Shown here piece after piece: positions 62,301 through 64,000 of a DNA stretch of 64,000 nt (the first letter of the stretch is position 1; every line of letters begins with the position of its first letter). The position numbers and the translations under genes are program-made. The notes under the pieces are model-generated. The model was given only the letters and a program-made list of their open reading frames with translations, did no database searches and was not told the DNA's origin. Source of the DNA: Pristiophorus japonicus (lineage: Eukaryota). Location of the stretch: the NCBI RefSeq assembly GCF_044704955.1, contig NC_091985.1, positions 6,014,001 through 6,078,000 on the forward strand, written 5' to 3'.

Positions 62301-62635
62301 ATGTTGGGGAAGTCCTGAACCAGGGGTCACAGTCTGAGGATAAGGGGTAAGCCATTTAGGACCGAGATGAGGAGAAACTTCTTCACCCAGAGAGTGGTGA
62401 ACCTGTGGAATTCTCTACCACAGAAAGTAGTTGAGGCCAATTCACGAAATATATTCAGAAGGGAGTTAGATGAAGTCCTTACTACTCGGGGGATCAAGGG
62501 TTATGGCGAGAAAGCAGGAAGGGGGTACTTAAGTTTCATGTTCAGCCATGAACTCATTGAATGGCGGTGCAGGCTAGAAGGGCTGAATGGCCTGCTCCTG
62601 CACCTATTTTCTATGTTTCTATGTTTCTATGTTTC
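59379..62635 (+). mobile_element. Young CR1 LINE (end of ORF1, ORF2, 3' UTR, tail)
   Basis: Contains the 922-aa ORF and ends in (ttctatgt)3. Confidence 0.97.
59550..62318 (+). CDS. CR1 ORF2: APE endonuclease + reverse transcriptase, nearly intact (premature stop ~70 aa before the normal end)
   Basis: NARS, ITETW, GDFN and SDH endonuclease motifs; [27 protein letters not shown] and FADD RT motifs. TGA at 62316 where sister copies have AGA. Confidence 0.93.
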   Translation: MAGGWEPMQGDRGKQKGGKSKRQKGDEEKWRAEKPRQRTKRATVQQNSKRTKGVKKTSLKALCLNARSIRNKVDELIVQIDVNKYDVIGITETWLQDDQGWELNIQGYSTFRKDRIKGKGGGVALLVKEEINAIVRKDISLDDVESIWVELQNTKGQKTLVGVVYRPPNSNRDVGEGIKQEIRGACNKGVAVIMGDFNMHIDWASQTGSNTVEEDFLECIRDGFLDQYVEEPTRGEAILDWVLCNERGLISNLIVRGPLGKSDHNMVEFCIRMENETVNSETMVQNLKKGNFEGMRHELARIDWRMILKGLTVDGQWQTFRDRMDELQQLYIPVWRKNKKGKVAQPWLSWEIRDSIKAKELAYKLARNSSEPGDWEKFRTQQRRTKDLIRAGKRKYEKKLAGNIKADCKSFYRYVKRKRLVKTIVAPLQSESGEVITGNKEMADQLNKYFGSVFTKEDTNNLPDIKRVRGSSKEGELREIFISQEIVLGKLMGLNANKSPRPDGLHPRVLKEVALEIADALTVIFQHSIDSGSVPMEWRVANVTPLFKKGGREKTGNYRPVSLTSVVGKMMESIIKDVIAVHLENGDMIGPSQHGFVKGKSCLTNLLEFFEDVSSKVDKGEPVDVVYLDFQKAFDKVPHKRLMCKVKAHGIGGSVLTWIENWLSDRKQRVGVNGYFSEWQAVISGVPQGSVLGPQLFTLYINDLDEGIKCSISKFADDTKLGGSVSCEEDAIRLQSDLDRLGEWANAWQMKYNVDKCEVIHFGGKNRETDYYLNGDRLGKGEVQRDLGVMVHQSLMVSMQVQQAVKKANGMLAFIAWGFEYRGREVLLQLYRALVRPHLEYCVQFWSPNLRKDILAIEGVQRRFTRLIPGMAGLTYQEKLDQLGLYSLEFRRMRGDLMETFKILTGLDRLDAGRMFSMLGKS

Positions 62636-64000
62636 TGACTGTCCCTACTTAATCCTTGCCTTTCCAAATGCAGATTTATCCTGTCTTTCAGGATTTTTTC
62701 CAATAATTTTCCCACCACTGAGGTTAGGCTGACTGGCATGTAATTACTTGACCTGTCCCTCTCTCCCTTCTTGAACAAGATTATTACATTAGCAGTCCTC
62801 CAATCCTCCGGCACCATGCCCAAATCCAAGGAGGACTGGAAAATGATGGTCAAGGCCTCTGCTCTTTCCTCTTTTACTTCGTTCAACAGCCTGGGATGCA
62901 TTTCATCTGGGCCTGGGGACTTAGCTGCTTTCAAAGCTGTTAAACCCCTTAATACTTCCTCTCTCACGATATTTATTTCATCCAGAATATCACACTCCTC
63001 CTCTAAAGCAGTATCTGCATTGCCCCTTTCCTTTGTGAAAACAGATGCAAAGTATTCGTTAAGAACCTTACCAACATCTTCTGCCTCCACACAAAGGTTA
63101 CCCTCATGCTCTCTAATTAGCCCTACCCTTTCTTTAGTTACCCTCTTACTCTTTATATATTTATCGAACATCTTCGTGTTTTCCTTAATTTTACGAGCCA
63201 AGAATTATAGTATTTAGCCATTGGCATATGACATAAGCATCCCTTTTTTTTTATCCTCCCCTGTAAATCCCGAGACATCCAGGGGGATGTAGAATTATTT
63301 TTCCCAAACTTTTTCTTTGTGGGCAGATGTTTGGCCTGAGCCTACCGGATCTCCTCCTTGAATGCCTCCCAATGTTCCGACACTGATTTACCCACAAGTA
63401 GCTGTTTCCAGTCCACTGTGGCCAAATCACTCCTCGACTCAGCAAAATTAGCTTTTCCCCAGTTTTGGGACTTTTATTCCAAGCCTATCCTTGTCTTTAT
63501 CCATAACTAAGTAGAATCTGACTGAATTATGGTCACCCAAGTGCTCTCCCACTAATACCCCTTCAACCTGCCCAGCTTCATTCCCCAAAACTAAATCCAA
63601 AACCGTCCCCTCTCGTGTTGGGCTTGTTATATACTGACTCAAAATGTTCTCTTGAATGCATTTTAAGAATTCCTCACCCTCTATACCCTTCACACTATAT
63701 TTGTCCCAATCAATATTAGGGTAGTTAGAATCCCCTACTATTACTACCCTATGGTTTTTATATTTCACAGCAATTTGCCAACATATTTGCTCCTCTCTCT
63801 CCCTCCCACTATTTGGGGGTCTATAATACACTCCCAGCAGTGTGATCGCCCCTTTTTTATTTTCCAATTTGACCCATATGGCCTCATTTGATGATCCCTC
63901 CTCACTGCTGTAATAGTTTCTTTAATGAATACTGCGACCCCTCCCATCCCACCCCGCACCTCCCTCTCTGTCTTGTCTAAAAATCATGTAACCAGGAATA

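Larger units (their letters stand above)
50003..64000 (+). repeat. Tandem segmental duplicate of 33389-~42785 (MITE half, V exon, intron, 36-bp unit, CR1)
   Basis: Colinear high identity starting at tcctgctcctatttcttatg (33389 vs 50003) and running through the V exon and the same CR1 insertion. Each copy has its own later insertions. Confidence 0.9.
51940..64000 (-). mobile_element. Paralog of the 35286-42893 CR1, in pieces (51940-53277, 58490-59378, 62636-64000)
   Basis: Same tail and insertion point; ORF pieces of 110, 208, 196 and 139 aa. Confidence 0.85.

Overview
Eukaryotic, repeat-dominated vertebrate DNA. The repeat families (many CR1 LINEs with (TTCTATGT)n/(TTCTTATG)n tails, RTE and L2 LINEs, a Deu-domain SINE) point to a cartilaginous fish; this is an inference and no species is assigned. 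The only host gene I can support is an immunoglobulin-superfamily gene on the + strand. It has a phase-1 signal-peptide exon (2126-2177) and two paralogous 354-bp phase-1/1 exons (34116-34469, 50711-51064). Each of these encodes a complete V-set domain with the J/G-strand already joined in the germline and no RSS. The two V exons lie in a tandem segmental duplication, and I found no C, TM or cytoplasmic exon in the window. Mobile elements: a TIR/TSD-bounded PIF/Harbinger transposon (4338-9517); a decayed LTR element on the - strand with an integrase C-terminus and an envelope laid out like a paramyxo/pneumovirus F protein, i.e. lokiretrovirus-like (~14675-22714); two solo LTRs of one family inserted at almost the same homologous position of two different CR1 subfamilies; a third small solo LTR; MITEs; minisatellites; and many nested CR1/RTE copies, one with a nearly intact 922-aa ORF2. 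No rRNA, tRNA genes or CRISPR arrays.
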